Virus record (IMG/VR): IMGVR_UViG_3300049846_000628
Location: 147,202-211,201 of that record
DNA: 64,000 nt
Strand: one strand, 5' to 3'
Part shown: positions 1 through 9,595 of the stretch, piece after piece
How positions within the stretch are numbered: position 1 is the first letter of the stretch
Layout of the letters: each line of letters begins with the position of its first letter
Program-made: the position numbers and the translations under genes
Notes under the pieces: model-generated
What the model saw: only the letters and a program-made list of their open reading frames with translations
Databases searched by the model: none
What the model was told of the DNA's origin: nothing

Positions 1-773
1 GGACACTTAGCGTTGCCCCAAGTAGGTTCAAACTTACCCTCATAGTTCAACAGAAATAGGACAGCAGATGAAACATCTTCGGCATGAATGTAATGGCGTG
101 ACCCAGGAATCGTACAGGTACTATCACTATGAATGGTTACAGTTTCACCGTCACGAATTTTACGAATACACATAGGAATAAACTTCTCTGGATGCTGACG
201 CTCACCAAAGACGTTCATCGTGTGGGTAATGTATACTGGAAGACCGTAGGTGTTCTCATAAGCAACAGAAAGTTCTTCACCACCTGCTTTAGATGCACTA
301 TAAGGATTCGTGGAGTTATAACGGTCGTTCTCCTCATACTTGATTCCATCAGGAGCAGGACCGAATACTTCATCAGTGCTAAAGTAAACAAACCTTTCAA
401 GATTAGTTTGAGTACGGGCAAACTCAAGAATGTTGCAGGTTCCTACTACATTATCAAGTACAAACTCCATAGGATATTCAATACTACGGTCAACGTGAGA
501 ACCAGCAGCAAGATGGAGAATGTAATCAACTTGACCGATTTCAGAACGGACAAGAGGATTAAGTTCAGCTTTGAGGTCATGATGAACAACACGAACACGC
601 TTACGAACTTCAGGATCGAATGAGAGCATTAGATCGTGAAGTCGATTCAAATTTCCACTGTAATCAAGACGATCAAGAGTAATAACCTCCCAATCAGTTG
701 TCTTCAAAATTTGACCAATCAGATGGTGTGCAATAAATCCAGCACCACCAGTAATCAATGCTCTCTTAGTCAT
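1..773 (-). CDS. rfbB: NAD-dependent epimerase/dehydratase, dTDP-glucose 4,6-dehydratase-like (partial, runs off window start)
   Basis: Manual translation from ATG at 773: MTKRALITGGAGFIAHH (Rossmann GxxGxxA), HLAAGSHVDRS, STDEVFG, YSASK (YxxxK). Not in the ORF track because the stop lies outside the window. Confidence 0.85.
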   Translation of the reverse strand, partial: MTKRALITGGAGFIAHHLIGQILKTTDWEVITLDRLDYSGNLNRLHDLMLSFDPEVRKRVRVVHHDLKAELNPLVRSEIGQVDYILHLAAGSHVDRSIEYPMEFVLDNVVGTCNILEFARTQTNLERFVYFSTDEVFGPAPDGIKYEENDRYNSTNPYSASKAGGEELSVAYENTYGLPVYITHTMNVFGERQHPEKFIPMCIRKIRDGETVTIHSDSTCTIPGSRHYIHAEDVSSAVLFLLNYEGKFEPTWGNAKC

Positions 774-936
774 ACTTGTAACTCAGTTGAATGTCTTTCT
801 TTTTAAGATTGTATCGGTCAATGTGCTTTTGACGATTGTGTTCGCTATCAAAATAACACTTGCGGGTTTCTTTTCCTTCTTTGTAAACCAACTTCCAAGG
901 AAACTGATCAAAGGGAAATTCTTCAGTGTAGTCCAT
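766..936 (-). CDS. small hypothetical protein (56 aa, MDYTEEFPFDQFPWKLVY...)
   Basis: Manual translation; stop overlaps the next start codon as in the rest of the operon. Confidence 0.6.
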   Translation of the reverse strand: MDYTEEFPFDQFPWKLVYKEGKETRKCYFDSEHNRQKHIDRYNLKKKDIQLSYKYD

Positions 937-1093
937 CAGGTAGGTTGCTCAACACGTTGAGTATACACGATATCAAAGAGTCCGTCAAGTATCTCATTGC
1001 ACTGCTGATACTCGTCACTATTCAGAATAGCCTTCTCAATCTGATATCGACGAACAGCAGTGTGAATGAGTTTGTAATGTTCAGGTGTAAAGT

Positions 1094-1273
1094 TCATTCC
1101 GTTCCTCCATAAATTCTTTGCCCATCTTCATAACCCACTTGATATGCTGCCTGCAACCACTTGATGATTGCTCCATAATCATTTGTTTTTGCTGCAAAAT
1201 CAAAGTCATCATAGAATCTTTCAGAGCGGAATGAGTACCCTTCCATTTCTTCAAACCAATCTTCAAATTTCAT
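1094..1273 (-). CDS. small hypothetical protein (59 aa, MKFEDWFEEMEGYSFRSERFYDD...)
   Basis: Manual translation of an ATG-started frame with overlapping junctions; preferred over the track's 1081..1266 frame. Confidence 0.6.
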   Translation of the reverse strand: MKFEDWFEEMEGYSFRSERFYDDFDFAAKTNDYGAIIKWLQAAYQVGYEDGQRIYGGTE

Positions 1274-1772
1274 TAGTCGTAAAGATTCTGCTCGTGCTGC
1301 AATCTATCTAGGTAATGATAAATCGTCTGCTCTGAATACCGAAACTCTTCAAATCGTTGCGGATTTCCTTCTTTCATTTTGTTCAGCATATTAATCCAGT
1401 CATAGTGTTTGTTCACGACCCACCCATAATGTTCATCATTCATTTTTCATAATCAGTAATTTTCCCACAATCATACCATAAAAAAGTTCACTTACCTTAT
1501 CATCGGCATTTTTCATTTGATCTTTTGTAAGACGAATTAACTCACTAATCTCAACATCAGTAAGTTTCCATTCAGTAATGTTGTGCTCGGTTACTTTCAT
1601 CATTTCAAGTGCTTTGGTTTTTCAGTATCAAATTGATAGAACTTTACATCCTTCATATCAAGACACATACGCACAGTTTCGTGCTCTCTGTGTTCTCTAT
1701 CTGTTCCTTTATATATCCCTCTGCGTTGATAAGCACAACACCAGACATTATAGTAGATTTTAGATTTATCAT

Positions 1773-1988
1773 TCATTGACCTATCCTCAACTTGCGTTCA
1801 TCTGAAATAATGATATTGTAAGGGTCATCATAAGGATAGATGTATTCCATATACCATCCCAAAGATAAACCTTCCCAGAACTCATCATATCCCCAAGTAT
1901 CACCATCATTATAACAATCCAGACAATTCCAGAAGTTATGGAAACCCTCAAGGAAGATTTCCCATTTTGTTGGATTATCAAATCTCAC
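1773..1988 (-). CDS. hypothetical protein
   Basis: ORF track; ATGA overlap with neighbour. Confidence 0.6.
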   Translation of the reverse strand: MRFDNPTKWEIFLEGFHNFWNCLDCYNDGDTWGYDEFWEGLSLGWYMEYIYPYDDPYNIIISDERKLRIGQ

Positions 1989-2173
1989 GGCGTTTCATCA
2001 CTCCAATAGTAACGCAGTTTATCACCATCGGCAGAAATATTCAAGTGATAGATTTTATCATCCTCAGTATACACACCAATCCAAAGTGTGCGTTCATTCA
2101 TACTTTCCAGGTGAAACATTTGAATGTCTTGGAGTACGATTTCGTCTGGGTTTTCAGTCCATTTTCGGGACAT
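1985..2173 (-). CDS. hypothetical protein
   Basis: ORF track; first gene downstream of the promoter motif at 2199-2256. Confidence 0.6.
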   Translation of the reverse strand: MSRKWTENPDEIVLQDIQMFHLESMNERTLWIGVYTEDDKIYHLNISADGDKLRYYWSDETP

Positions 2174-2198
2174 TAGAGTTTTCTCAATTTATAAAAGT

Positions 2199-2256
2199 AT
2201 CATATCAGAAAGGGCATCCAAAATCAACTGCCCTTATTCCAGTTCTCAAAGTGTCT
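2199..2256 (-). promoter_or_regulatory. early-type promoter: GACACTT..GAAC upstream motif, TTGATT-17-TATGAT, hairpin GGGCA/TGCCC around the -35
   Basis: Aligns position for position with the copy at 6136-6193. Confidence 0.7.
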
Positions 2257-2619
2257 TTATGATATTCTTTTTCTTTTAGAAGTATCTATATTTCTTTTTT
2301 GTTGGTATCGTGTAAGTGCCCCTGATGTAGTTATAAACCCAGTTTCAAGACACATCCATTTTTGAGAATTAGTTATTTTTGAACCTTGTTTTCCAGCATT
2401 TTTTCTTATATTATAAAGTTCTTCTGTTGATAAAGCAAAAAATCCAACACCTTTTTCATAAGATGTTTTTCCTCCTATTTTTCCACCAGGAAGAAAAGAA
2501 TGTTTATGAACTACCATTTTTCCTTCAAGTTCAAGAAAATCAATCAGTATTCTATCACACTCATAAAATTCTTTGAGGTATTGTGATACTTTTACATAAT
2601 CTATGTGTTTATCAATCAT
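2257..2619 (-). pseudogene. homing-endonuclease-like C-terminal DNA-binding remnant, no nuclease motif seen
   Basis: GGKIGGK...KWMCLETGFITTSGALTRYQQKRNIDTSKRKRI resembles C-termini of phage free-standing endonucleases; AT-rich; likely ATG at 2619. Confidence 0.5.
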
Positions 2620-2740
2620 TAGATTAAAGAAGCAATAATTACAAGAATAAAAAATCCCCAAGGAATATTCAAACTAATGACTTCTCCCTTGTCGTTTCTA
2701 TCCGCATATGGAACAAAAAACTTGATAATGTCTAAAGTGT

Positions 2741-2974
2741 TCATCGGAAACTCTTCAATACTTTACGAATAAACTGAATAGAACCATAAAACTCTTGACC
2801 ATCCTGTCCACCAATTACAATCCAATCAACTTCTTCCAGAGCAAGTTTAATTCTTTCATCTCTGGTGAGGTCTTCAAATGATTTCTTTGCGAGTTCTTGT
2901 CGTGCTGCTGCATCCATAACCTTTTCAAAGTCTTCTTCGGATACTTTTGCGGTGGTTGGTTGTTCGTCAGTCAT
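2741..2974 (-). CDS. hypothetical protein
   Basis: ORF track; overlapping junctions. Confidence 0.55.
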   Translation of the reverse strand: MTDEQPTTAKVSEEDFEKVMDAAARQELAKKSFEDLTRDERIKLALEEVDWIVIGGQDGQEFYGSIQFIRKVLKSFR

Positions 2975-3267
2975 TTTGTTCCTGGTGCAAAAGGACTGCT
3001 GCTATAAGTTTCCTTTGGTGCTTTTACATCACACCAAATATTGGGTTCATGGGGTGTAGTTTTCAAAGGAATTGGAGGAGTATAAGGAACTGCGATTGGT
3101 TGAGTAAGTGGTTGAGAGAATGAGTATTGTTTGGTCTCATAAATCCATCGTTCCAGAATGTTGCAATCCCATCCATCATAATGTTTCTTACCATATTCCA
3201 CACAATCCTCACGATTGGGGAAAGCAACAACAAAAGTGTCTTTGTAATAAAGTGCGTAGATTTTCAT
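2971..3267 (-). CDS. hypothetical protein
   Basis: ORF track; ATGA overlaps on both sides. Confidence 0.6.
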   Translation of the reverse strand: MKIYALYYKDTFVVAFPNREDCVEYGKKHYDGWDCNILERWIYETKQYSFSQPLTQPIAVPYTPPIPLKTTPHEPNIWCDVKAPKETYSSSPFAPGTK

Positions 3268-3833
3268 AATGCCTCATCAATCCACACAAAGCCCAAACAA
3301 GTTTTCATAAAGAACCTCACCAAACGATTAGGTTTATCAGGCATATAATACCTGAAATATCGTTGATTACCAATCGTATAATAACCTTTATGAGTATTTC
3401 CCTGTTTGATTACAAAAGAGGTTTCAGTATAAGGACTAGTATAAGCAGTCAATCCAGTTGTTGTATAAGCAAGTTTTAGTTCAGGTGGAAAATGTCCGTG
3501 CTCCTTTGCGTATTCAAATTTCTCAAAAATCCTATCAAACTTTCGGTTGTATCTCTCCTCGGCATGTTCTCTTGACCATTTAGAGCACATTTTGAACTTC
3601 TCTATCTGAGCACCAATCTTCTCATCAAACTCTTGTTGGATTTCATCCAGAGTTTTAGGAGGTTCTGGAATATCCAAGTATGGTTTAATTACATCAAAAT
3701 GCTCATAATCTTTGTTGAAGTAAATAAACCCAAGCAAATAAGGAAGAATACTTTGAGATGCTCCTTTGAGTTTCTCTGGATTGAGTTTATACCCCGATGT
3801 CCCTATTTTTAGTGTTCCTTGTGGTTCAATCAT
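3264..3833 (-). CDS. hypothetical protein
   Basis: 189-aa ORF in a coupled operon. Confidence 0.65.
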   Translation of the reverse strand: MIEPQGTLKIGTSGYKLNPEKLKGASQSILPYLLGFIYFNKDYEHFDVIKPYLDIPEPPKTLDEIQQEFDEKIGAQIEKFKMCSKWSREHAEERYNRKFDRIFEKFEYAKEHGHFPPELKLAYTTTGLTAYTSPYTETSFVIKQGNTHKGYYTIGNQRYFRYYMPDKPNRLVRFFMKTCLGFVWIDEAL

Positions 3834-4003
3834 CGTATTCCAGTATCAAAGAGTTTTCTCAGTTCATTATACACCAATATAATGTCGTGGTCAGTAGTCA
3901 TATGACCACGATCTTTTTCTAATTTTAGAAGATCATAAAGTTGTCGTGCTTGGTCTTCTGTGAGTGTGAGTTTATACTGCTTTTCAACTTCAATCATTTT
4001 CAA

Positions 4004-4222
4004 TCACTCCACATAATGATATAAAGGTTCTTTGTATTTTCTCAGTAGTCGTATTGCATCTTGTGCTTCTTCAAGTGTTTGGAATATAGCATCTGAATAA
4101 AGAAAATACTTTTGGTCTTTAATACTATATCTTTGAATAAAAAAATAAGGTTTCAAAGTTTTTAAATTGAGGTCTTCTACAATTCGGTAATCATATACTT
4201 TCATTATTTCCGTGCCTCCCAA
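4004..4222 (-). CDS. hypothetical protein
   Basis: ORF track; start may be the internal MKVYDY. Confidence 0.55.
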   Translation of the reverse strand: MGGTEIMKVYDYRIVEDLNLKTLKPYFFIQRYSIKDQKYFLYSDAIFQTLEEAQDAIRLLRKYKEPLYHYVE

Positions 4223-4422
4223 TACTTACCTTCTTCACTACATTTACCATAAGTTCGTCTCATCAAATCACAAAAACGACCACCTTTGACTTTTCCAGTC
4301 ACCAGATTTTCACTCAATACTGGATTGAAGCATAAGTCAAATCGGTCTCCACCACCAGTAAGATGTTCAAACCAATCTTTCTTATACCACTTACAATCTT
4401 TACAGAGCTTTAGATCAGTCAC
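4204..4422 (-). CDS. small Cys-rich hypothetical protein (CKDC...C...C...C)
   Basis: ORF track; spaced cysteines suggest metal binding. Confidence 0.55.
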   Translation of the reverse strand: MTDLKLCKDCKWYKKDWFEHLTGGGDRFDLCFNPVLSENLVTGKVKGGRFCDLMRRTYGKCSEEGKYWEARK

Positions 4423-4667
4423 TGGGATTCTCCATAATCACAATCAAAGGACAAATACTCAATCACAGGTTTCCTCAAATAGTTACAAAGGTGCCACTGT
4501 GCTTCTTCAAATGTAGAATAATCACCATCCCTATATTCGTCTACAAATAGATTATACCAAAACAATCCAAATCTTTTGTGTTGTGGATAGTATCTGGTTG
4601 AGTGTCCGTCTGTTACTTTTTTGATGCGGTAGTTTTTAGTCATTTCAAATACCTGCGTCGGCATCAA
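4419..4667 (-). CDS. hypothetical protein
   Basis: ORF track. Confidence 0.55.
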   Translation of the reverse strand: MMPTQVFEMTKNYRIKKVTDGHSTRYYPQHKRFGLFWYNLFVDEYRDGDYSTFEEAQWHLCNYLRKPVIEYLSFDCDYGESQ

Positions 4668-4845
4668 TAGTGAAGTTTGGTTTGTCTATGATGACCTCTA
4701 CACTCATACTACCCATAATCCCAGCAATCACATTCCTTACATTCTCCCTTGATTTAGCAGTATAGTATCCATTCCAGTTTGATACTGTTAGAGAATGGTT
4801 GAGTGTATCAATAATAACTGCGAGTTCGTGTGCTGTAAGTTTCAT
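4645..4845 (-). CDS. hypothetical protein
   Basis: ORF track; ATGA overlap. Confidence 0.55.
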   Translation of the reverse strand: MKLTAHELAVIIDTLNHSLTVSNWNGYYTAKSRENVRNVIAGIMGSMSVEVIIDKPNFTIDADAGI

Positions 4846-5138
4846 TTCAATACCTCATCAACATCAACACCATCATAATCATCAATACCAAGTTTGAACC
4901 TTACGAAATCAGTGAGGTCAGTAGCATCCCGTTCATACACACAATACCCACCATTATTATCACTTTCTGTGTAATTGGTGAAGTAATCATCAAATACTAC
5001 CATAATAGCAAGGGCACGGGATTGGTCGTGTTCTGTGATGGTCTTATGGGGATGTGCTACAATTTTAGTGATACACTCAAAGAGTTCCTCACGAGTGTAT
5101 GAGAATGCTTTTGCTTCTGGATTGAGTTGGTAAGTCAT
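4842..5138 (-). CDS. hypothetical protein
   Basis: ORF track; ATGA overlap. Confidence 0.6.
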   Translation of the reverse strand: MTYQLNPEAKAFSYTREELFECITKIVAHPHKTITEHDQSRALAIMVVFDDYFTNYTESDNNGGYCVYERDATDLTDFVRFKLGIDDYDGVDVDEVLK

Positions 5139-5392
5139 TTCAGTTCCTCTTCTCTTTGGAGTTCATAAAACATATCATTCAAAAATGCAAGTGCGTGTTT
5201 TCCAACAAACCAAGCATCTTTATCCTCAAAGAATCTATCACCAACAGTTCTCATATCATAACCTTCTTTGGTTTCATCAAAGAAAGCAACAACATAACAT
5301 AACTCTTTGTCGTTGCTGTCCTTATACCACTTTACGAGTTCATACTTTTTGTTGAATTCACTCCAACGGAACTCTACATCACGAAACCTCAC
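5135..5392 (-). CDS. hypothetical protein
   Basis: ORF track. Confidence 0.6.
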   Translation of the reverse strand: MRFRDVEFRWSEFNKKYELVKWYKDSNDKELCYVVAFFDETKEGYDMRTVGDRFFEDKDAWFVGKHALAFLNDMFYELQREEELK

Positions 5393-5706
5393 TCTTCATC
5401 CTCCTCATAAGGAAACATTTCATCATACTCTTCGTCAGTGAGAGTAAGATACTGAACATCAGCATTCTTGTGCTCTTCGGCATACACTAACTGGTAGTGT
5501 GCGAAAGAAGAAGGGTCTGAACTAGCAAATTCTAGCAGACCATCAACAAAACAAAGGTAGTTCATTTTAGTTCTCCAAGATTCACAGGAGGTTTGATGTC
5601 CATAAGTTCATCATACAGCATCTGGGCAAACCCGTAGTGGGGTCTTGTACCAGTTTCAATACTGGTACTGGTCGCCACTGCCCACATAATATCAAGTTCT
5701 CTTTTA

Positions 5707-6114
5707 TCAGGTAGTTTCTTCATCTTCCTCATCAGTCAGGACAGTTCCCATCGGACCCTTTTTCAATCGTGCCCAGTCTTCATCACGCTGTTTCCAGTCT
5801 TGAAACTTTTTCTCCAAGTCCTCATTCACAGTCAGGTCAAATTCATCAGCAACCTTACGCATTTCTTCAGGACTTCGCATATCATTGAAGGCAAGGGCAC
5901 AGGCACCTTTCATAATACCTTGCTCACTATGACCCATTGTGCGAGCAATCGTTCCAAAGAAACGGAACAATTGAATGCTGTTAATGTCTTCGGTAGAAAT
6001 CTCAAAAGTATAATGCTCTTCTGGAAGACTTTCATCATCATAAATTCCAGACCCACCATAGGTAGGAGTCCATTCAGCGTCAAAATGCACACGAAGTTTT
6101 GCCTTGTAAGTCAT
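5707..6114 (-). CDS. hypothetical protein
   Basis: 135-aa ORF directly downstream of promoter 6136-6193. Confidence 0.65.
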   Translation of the reverse strand: MTYKAKLRVHFDAEWTPTYGGSGIYDDESLPEEHYTFEISTEDINSIQLFRFFGTIARTMGHSEQGIMKGACALAFNDMRSPEEMRKVADEFDLTVNEDLEKKFQDWKQRDEDWARLKKGPMGTVLTDEEDEETT

Positions 6115-6135
6115 TGGTTTGTTGCTTATGAGAGT

Positions 6136-6193
6136 ATAATACCAGAAAGGGCACCTGAAATCAAGTGCCCTTGTGACGGTTCTTCAAGTGTCC
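6136..6193 (-). promoter_or_regulatory. early-type promoter: GGACACTT..GAACCG motif, TTGATT-17-TATTAT, hairpin GGGCAC/GTGCCC
   Basis: Minus strand GGACACTTGAAGAACCGTCACAAGGGCACTTGATTTCAGGTGCCCTTTCTGGTATTAT. Confidence 0.75.
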
Positions 6194-6585
6194 TCGTCGG
6201 GTAGTTCTTCATCTAAATCCACATCAATTCCATCAGTGAGTTCTTTTATTCGTTCAAAGAAATCTTCATCTAATGGAATGAGTTTCTCTTCTCCTCTATC
6301 AATTCTATCACACATTTCCATCAGATGTTCAAGAAACTCTTTTGGATAAGTCTCATCAAGGTTGATACTTGTCCAGAACCATTGATAACATTCTTCATAA
6401 GGGTCATCGGTTGGAAGTAGGGCATAATCTGCATAATTTCCACTGATGAGGTCTCTCCACATCTTGAAATTATTCCACATCTCACGCCACCCTGTTTGAA
6501 AGCAGTGACCAATGTAATACTCAAACCAGTTCATCTTTTTGGACATAGAACAATTCATCCCGCCAGTTTCTACCAGCAATATCAA
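6184..6585 (-). CDS. acidic hypothetical protein
   Basis: ORF track; likely start further in (MSKKMNWFEY). Confidence 0.6.
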   Translation of the reverse strand: MILLVETGGMNCSMSKKMNWFEYYIGHCFQTGWREMWNNFKMWRDLISGNYADYALLPTDDPYEECYQWFWTSINLDETYPKEFLEHLMEMCDRIDRGEEKLIPLDEDFFERIKELTDGIDVDLDEELPDEDT

Positions 6586-6808
6586 AAGTGAAACCTACCC
6601 TACCAATAGAAAATAAGCAGGAGAACAACTTACCATATCCCATAGAGATTTGAAGATAAGGAAACTCAATCCACTTCCCATACTCACCATAATCAATTGC
6701 AACCTGAAGAAGTGAGTATCGTTCTGTAAGAAAAAGTGCTAGATACCACTCTTTACCATAATCTTCTCTCACACCCCATTTTGCAACTTGAAAGATTTTC
6801 ATAATCAA
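6521..6808 (-). CDS. hypothetical protein
   Basis: ORF track. Confidence 0.55.
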   Translation of the reverse strand: MIMKIFQVAKWGVREDYGKEWYLALFLTERYSLLQVAIDYGEYGKWIEFPYLQISMGYGKLFSCLFSIGRVGFTFDIAGRNWRDELFYVQKDELV

Positions 6809-7011
6809 CCAAATCCTTTTTTGTCTTTTTTATCCAGAACTTCAATATGACTCACAAAGTCTGATGGAGTGTTCCACCAAGACTCCTGCACATCCTGATA
6901 GTTATCGTAAATCACTTCTTGCCCATTACTATAGACCAACTTGTAGATATGTCGGTCATACAGTTTGTCTGATGTTTGTTTGAATGTTTCAGTCACGCTG
7001 TCTCCAATCAT
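6805..7011 (-). CDS. hypothetical protein ending KKGFG
   Basis: ORF track; a KGFG tail also occurs in the 38751-38918 ORF. Confidence 0.55.
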   Translation of the reverse strand: MIGDSVTETFKQTSDKLYDRHIYKLVYSNGQEVIYDNYQDVQESWWNTPSDFVSHIEVLDKKDKKGFG

Positions 7012-7303
7012 CTGGTTTGTCTTCTGTCCACCAGTCTATCATATCATCTACACTTTCAAAACATCTTTTACCAAATCTTTCGTGACCCATTCCACCAAGA
7101 TCTAATTGGTTGAGAAAGTCATCCATCTCATCCATATCAGGATTTTCTGCTTTTCTCCTTGCCTGACGGAGTATTGTGGCGGCAGAGCGGTTTGATTTTG
7201 CAAGTTTTTCTGCCCAAATCATATCTTCTAAACTCACCTCTTCACCTTTTACAATCTTTTCGCAGATTGCTTCAAGACGCAGGCGATATTGTGTAGAGAG
7301 CAT
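6989..7303 (-). CDS. conserved cyanophage-type hypothetical protein (MLSTQYRLRLEAIC...)
   Basis: ORF track; sequence recalled from cyanomyovirus genomes. Confidence 0.7.
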   Translation of the reverse strand: MLSTQYRLRLEAICEKIVKGEEVSLEDMIWAEKLAKSNRSAATILRQARRKAENPDMDEMDDFLNQLDLGGMGHERFGKRCFESVDDMIDWWTEDKPDDWRQRD

Positions 7304-7323
7304 ATGTATTACCAGATATAAGA

Positions 7324-7557
7324 TTATTTATTTTGATATTCGTCCATTAACTCTTTTGCGAGTTTCATAGACCTACGCCATATCAAATACTTTACAATTG
7401 GATTTGCAGGGTTGTGAAGTATCCACCACTTTGTTTTTTCGTATTGAACTTGTGCAAGTTGAGACAGCATATAAAATGCCCTCGCTACTGATTGATCTGT
7501 AATAATCAGGTAAGCAATACAAAAAAATATAACAAAGTAAATGTATGATACACTCAT
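7324..7557 (-). CDS. small protein with hydrophobic N-terminus
   Basis: ORF track. Confidence 0.6.
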   Translation of the reverse strand: MSVSYIYFVIFFCIAYLIITDQSVARAFYMLSQLAQVQYEKTKWWILHNPANPIVKYLIWRRSMKLAKELMDEYQNK

Positions 7558-7727
7558 TGTCTTAGAGTTTTGAGGTATTCTAGCACATTCTCACGCACTG
7601 CCATGAGTTCATTGTAACATTTCTGATTATGAGCACAATTGCGAAGCTCAGCATCAGGTTTCAATACACTCTCTTCAAACAAGGTCAAACCACGATTCCA
7701 CTTATCTACTTGGTCTTCTTGGGTCAT
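7554..7727 (-). CDS. small hypothetical protein (57 aa, MTQEDQVDKWNRGLTLFEESVLKPD...)
   Basis: Manual translation; ATGA overlap. Confidence 0.6.
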   Translation of the reverse strand: MTQEDQVDKWNRGLTLFEESVLKPDAELRNCAHNQKCYNELMAVRENVLEYLKTLRQ

Positions 7728-7887
7728 CTTTGGTTACTCTAACAGGGCAAGAGGGGATAACTTTACGAATCTCCCGAACAATCTCAGTTTTTTGAGATTC
7801 GGTCAATCCGACAATTTTTGTGACGCGATGAATAATATTCAATGCATCGCTGCAGGAGATAATGGTTGATGCAAGTAGAACAACCAT
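7702..7887 (-). CDS. hypothetical protein
   Basis: ORF track. Confidence 0.55.
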   Translation of the reverse strand: MVVLLASTIISCSDALNIIHRVTKIVGLTESQKTEIVREIRKVIPSCPVRVTKDDPRRPSR

Positions 7888-7932
7888 AGGTTTTTTCCTA
7901 TTCTTCTATTATTTAACTGTGTTTATAATTTT

Positions 7933-8166
7933 TTAATGAATGAATGCCTCTAGGGTAGCAGTTTTCTTTTTCTTTGAGGATTTAACCTCTTTTGCAATGT
8001 AAGACCTAGCAGAATTGTAATTGTTTGCAGTATGAACCTGCTGCCCGTTGTGAAGAATCATAAACTTTTTACCAAACGGAACAGCAGCCCACATACCATC
8101 TTTAGTCACATAACCATTTGGATTGCCTGGTTTTGCATTCAAAATACCTTCGTTTTGAACGTTCAT
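7933..8166 (-). CDS. conserved cyanophage-type hypothetical protein (GYVTKDGMWAAVPFGKK)
   Basis: ORF track; motif recalled from cyanomyoviruses. Confidence 0.7.
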   Translation of the reverse strand: MNVQNEGILNAKPGNPNGYVTKDGMWAAVPFGKKFMILHNGQQVHTANNYNSARSYIAKEVKSSKKKKTATLEAFIH

Positions 8167-8306
8167 TTCATCACAGCGTTCACAGAAATGACCTTAGCAC
8201 TTGGATTGCGGGCGAGAGCAGTTTTCCTAGCATCCTGATAGTCCCGTGCTTCCACTTCCTCATAAAAGACCTTACCAGCGACGTAGAGTTGGACTTTGCA
8301 GCGCAT
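8163..8306 (-). CDS. small hypothetical protein (47 aa, MRCKVQLYVAGKVFYEEVEARDYQDA...)
   Basis: Manual translation; AAGGAG RBS and TTGTAA-17-TACAAT promoter at 8332-8360. Confidence 0.65.
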   Translation of the reverse strand: MRCKVQLYVAGKVFYEEVEARDYQDARKTALARNPSAKVISVNAVMK

Positions 8307-8346
8307 TGGATTTCTCCTTGTGTGTTTGGATATTGTAGCAGAAAAC

Positions 8347-9582
8347 TCAGCGTTTTACAACACTGATGGCGGGCTGACCCTGCTCGAACACGGTGTCCAC
8401 CACCGCCTGCACCTTTTTAGCGGTGCTGATGCCCACAGAAGAGTACACAGGGATGCAGACCAGTCCAAAGGACTTGGTGTAGTCTCCAAGGGCACCAGGG
8501 GCAATCCTGCCGCTCCTGAGCGCCTCTGCGTCGTCCTTGTGCAGGCGGATCACGCGCCCGATGGTCTGAGAGATCCCGATGTAGTCCATAGAGCGCATAA
8601 ACAGCACCGCTTCCAGACCAGAAACGTTGATTCCCTCAGAGAGAATGCTGTGGTGAAGCACAACGAATTTCTTGTCGTTGTCCTTACCCCAGGCACTCAG
8701 GGTATCAAAGAAAACCTCACGGTTAACCTTCTGACCATCAATCACGGCACCAGTCTTAGAAGTAATATACATCCAAGAGAAACCACGATCCTCCAGTTGC
8801 TTGCAGAAATCAGTCTGGGAAACCAGATTCTGAATCTGTTTGGTTGCCTTGGAGCAAACAAGAACCTTGCCCACTTCCTGAGCATCAATAGTCTGAATCA
8901 GGTTCTCACAGTCAACATCAGCAACGATCTGACCCTTAGAGAGCATCTCAAACTGCTGCACCACAACCTTAGGAGGAACGATGAAACCACCCTCCACCAG
9001 TTCGGGAGCGGGAACGTTGCAGATGACCTGCCCGTAGACAGCACCATCGTTCATCCCAGGTTTGGAAATAGTAGCAGAATGCTTAGGAGTAGCAGTGAAG
9101 AAATAGCAGCGGTCAGCAGTAGCAGCAAAGTGCTCGGTTGCTGGAAAAAAGTTACGCTGAACCGAATTGTGCGCTTCATCAAAGTAAATGGTGTTGACGT
9201 GAATATCTGCCTGCTGAAGACGTTGCAGGGAGTTGTAGGTGGTAAAGATTAGTTTGTTGCCGCGAGTTTGATCGACCCAGTTACGGATCTCATTCGGGCG
9301 AGTCGTGCTTTGGTGATGCGTTTCACCACTGTGGACGTGCAGCACCTGAGCATTGGTGATAAACTCAAGATACTCAGAAGACAGTTGCTCGGCAAGCAGA
9401 ATGCGGGGAGCAACAACTACAATCGTCTGAGGAGTCTCTTTCAGAAACTCACGCATTGCATCACAGATGCCCACAAGGGTCTTACCACCACCAGTAGGGA
9501 TAATCACTTGACCCTTCAGGTACTTAGCAAGGGCGTCAAGGGCACGTTGCTGGTGAGGTCGGAGTTGAATCACAGGTCCCAT
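8347..9582 (-). CDS. superfamily 2 helicase (type III restriction Res / DEAD-like)
   Basis: LRPHQQ Q-motif, PTGGGKT Walker A, FDEAH Walker B, TATP, LSEGINVSGL, QTIGRVIR. Confidence 0.9.
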   Translation of the reverse strand: MGPVIQLRPHQQRALDALAKYLKGQVIIPTGGGKTLVGICDAMREFLKETPQTIVVVAPRILLAEQLSSEYLEFITNAQVLHVHSGETHHQSTTRPNEIRNWVDQTRGNKLIFTTYNSLQRLQQADIHVNTIYFDEAHNSVQRNFFPATEHFAATADRCYFFTATPKHSATISKPGMNDGAVYGQVICNVPAPELVEGGFIVPPKVVVQQFEMLSKGQIVADVDCENLIQTIDAQEVGKVLVCSKATKQIQNLVSQTDFCKQLEDRGFSWMYITSKTGAVIDGQKVNREVFFDTLSAWGKDNDKKFVVLHHSILSEGINVSGLEAVLFMRSMDYIGISQTIGRVIRLHKDDAEALRSGRIAPGALGDYTKSFGLVCIPVYSSVGISTAKKVQAVVDTVFEQGQPAISVVKR

Positions 9583-9595
9583 CGCGTATGAAACT

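Noticed and set aside
129-623. 164-aa plus-strand ORF
   Set aside because: Antisense shadow of the RfbB-like gene.
8347-9582. Recent horizontal transfer of the helicase based on GC content
   Set aside because: Core gene 32 is similarly GC-enriched, so host-like codon adaptation is enough; no mobility signature.
8296-9591. 318-aa and 107-aa plus-strand ORFs
   Set aside because: Antisense shadows of the GC-richer helicase gene; no motifs or RBS.
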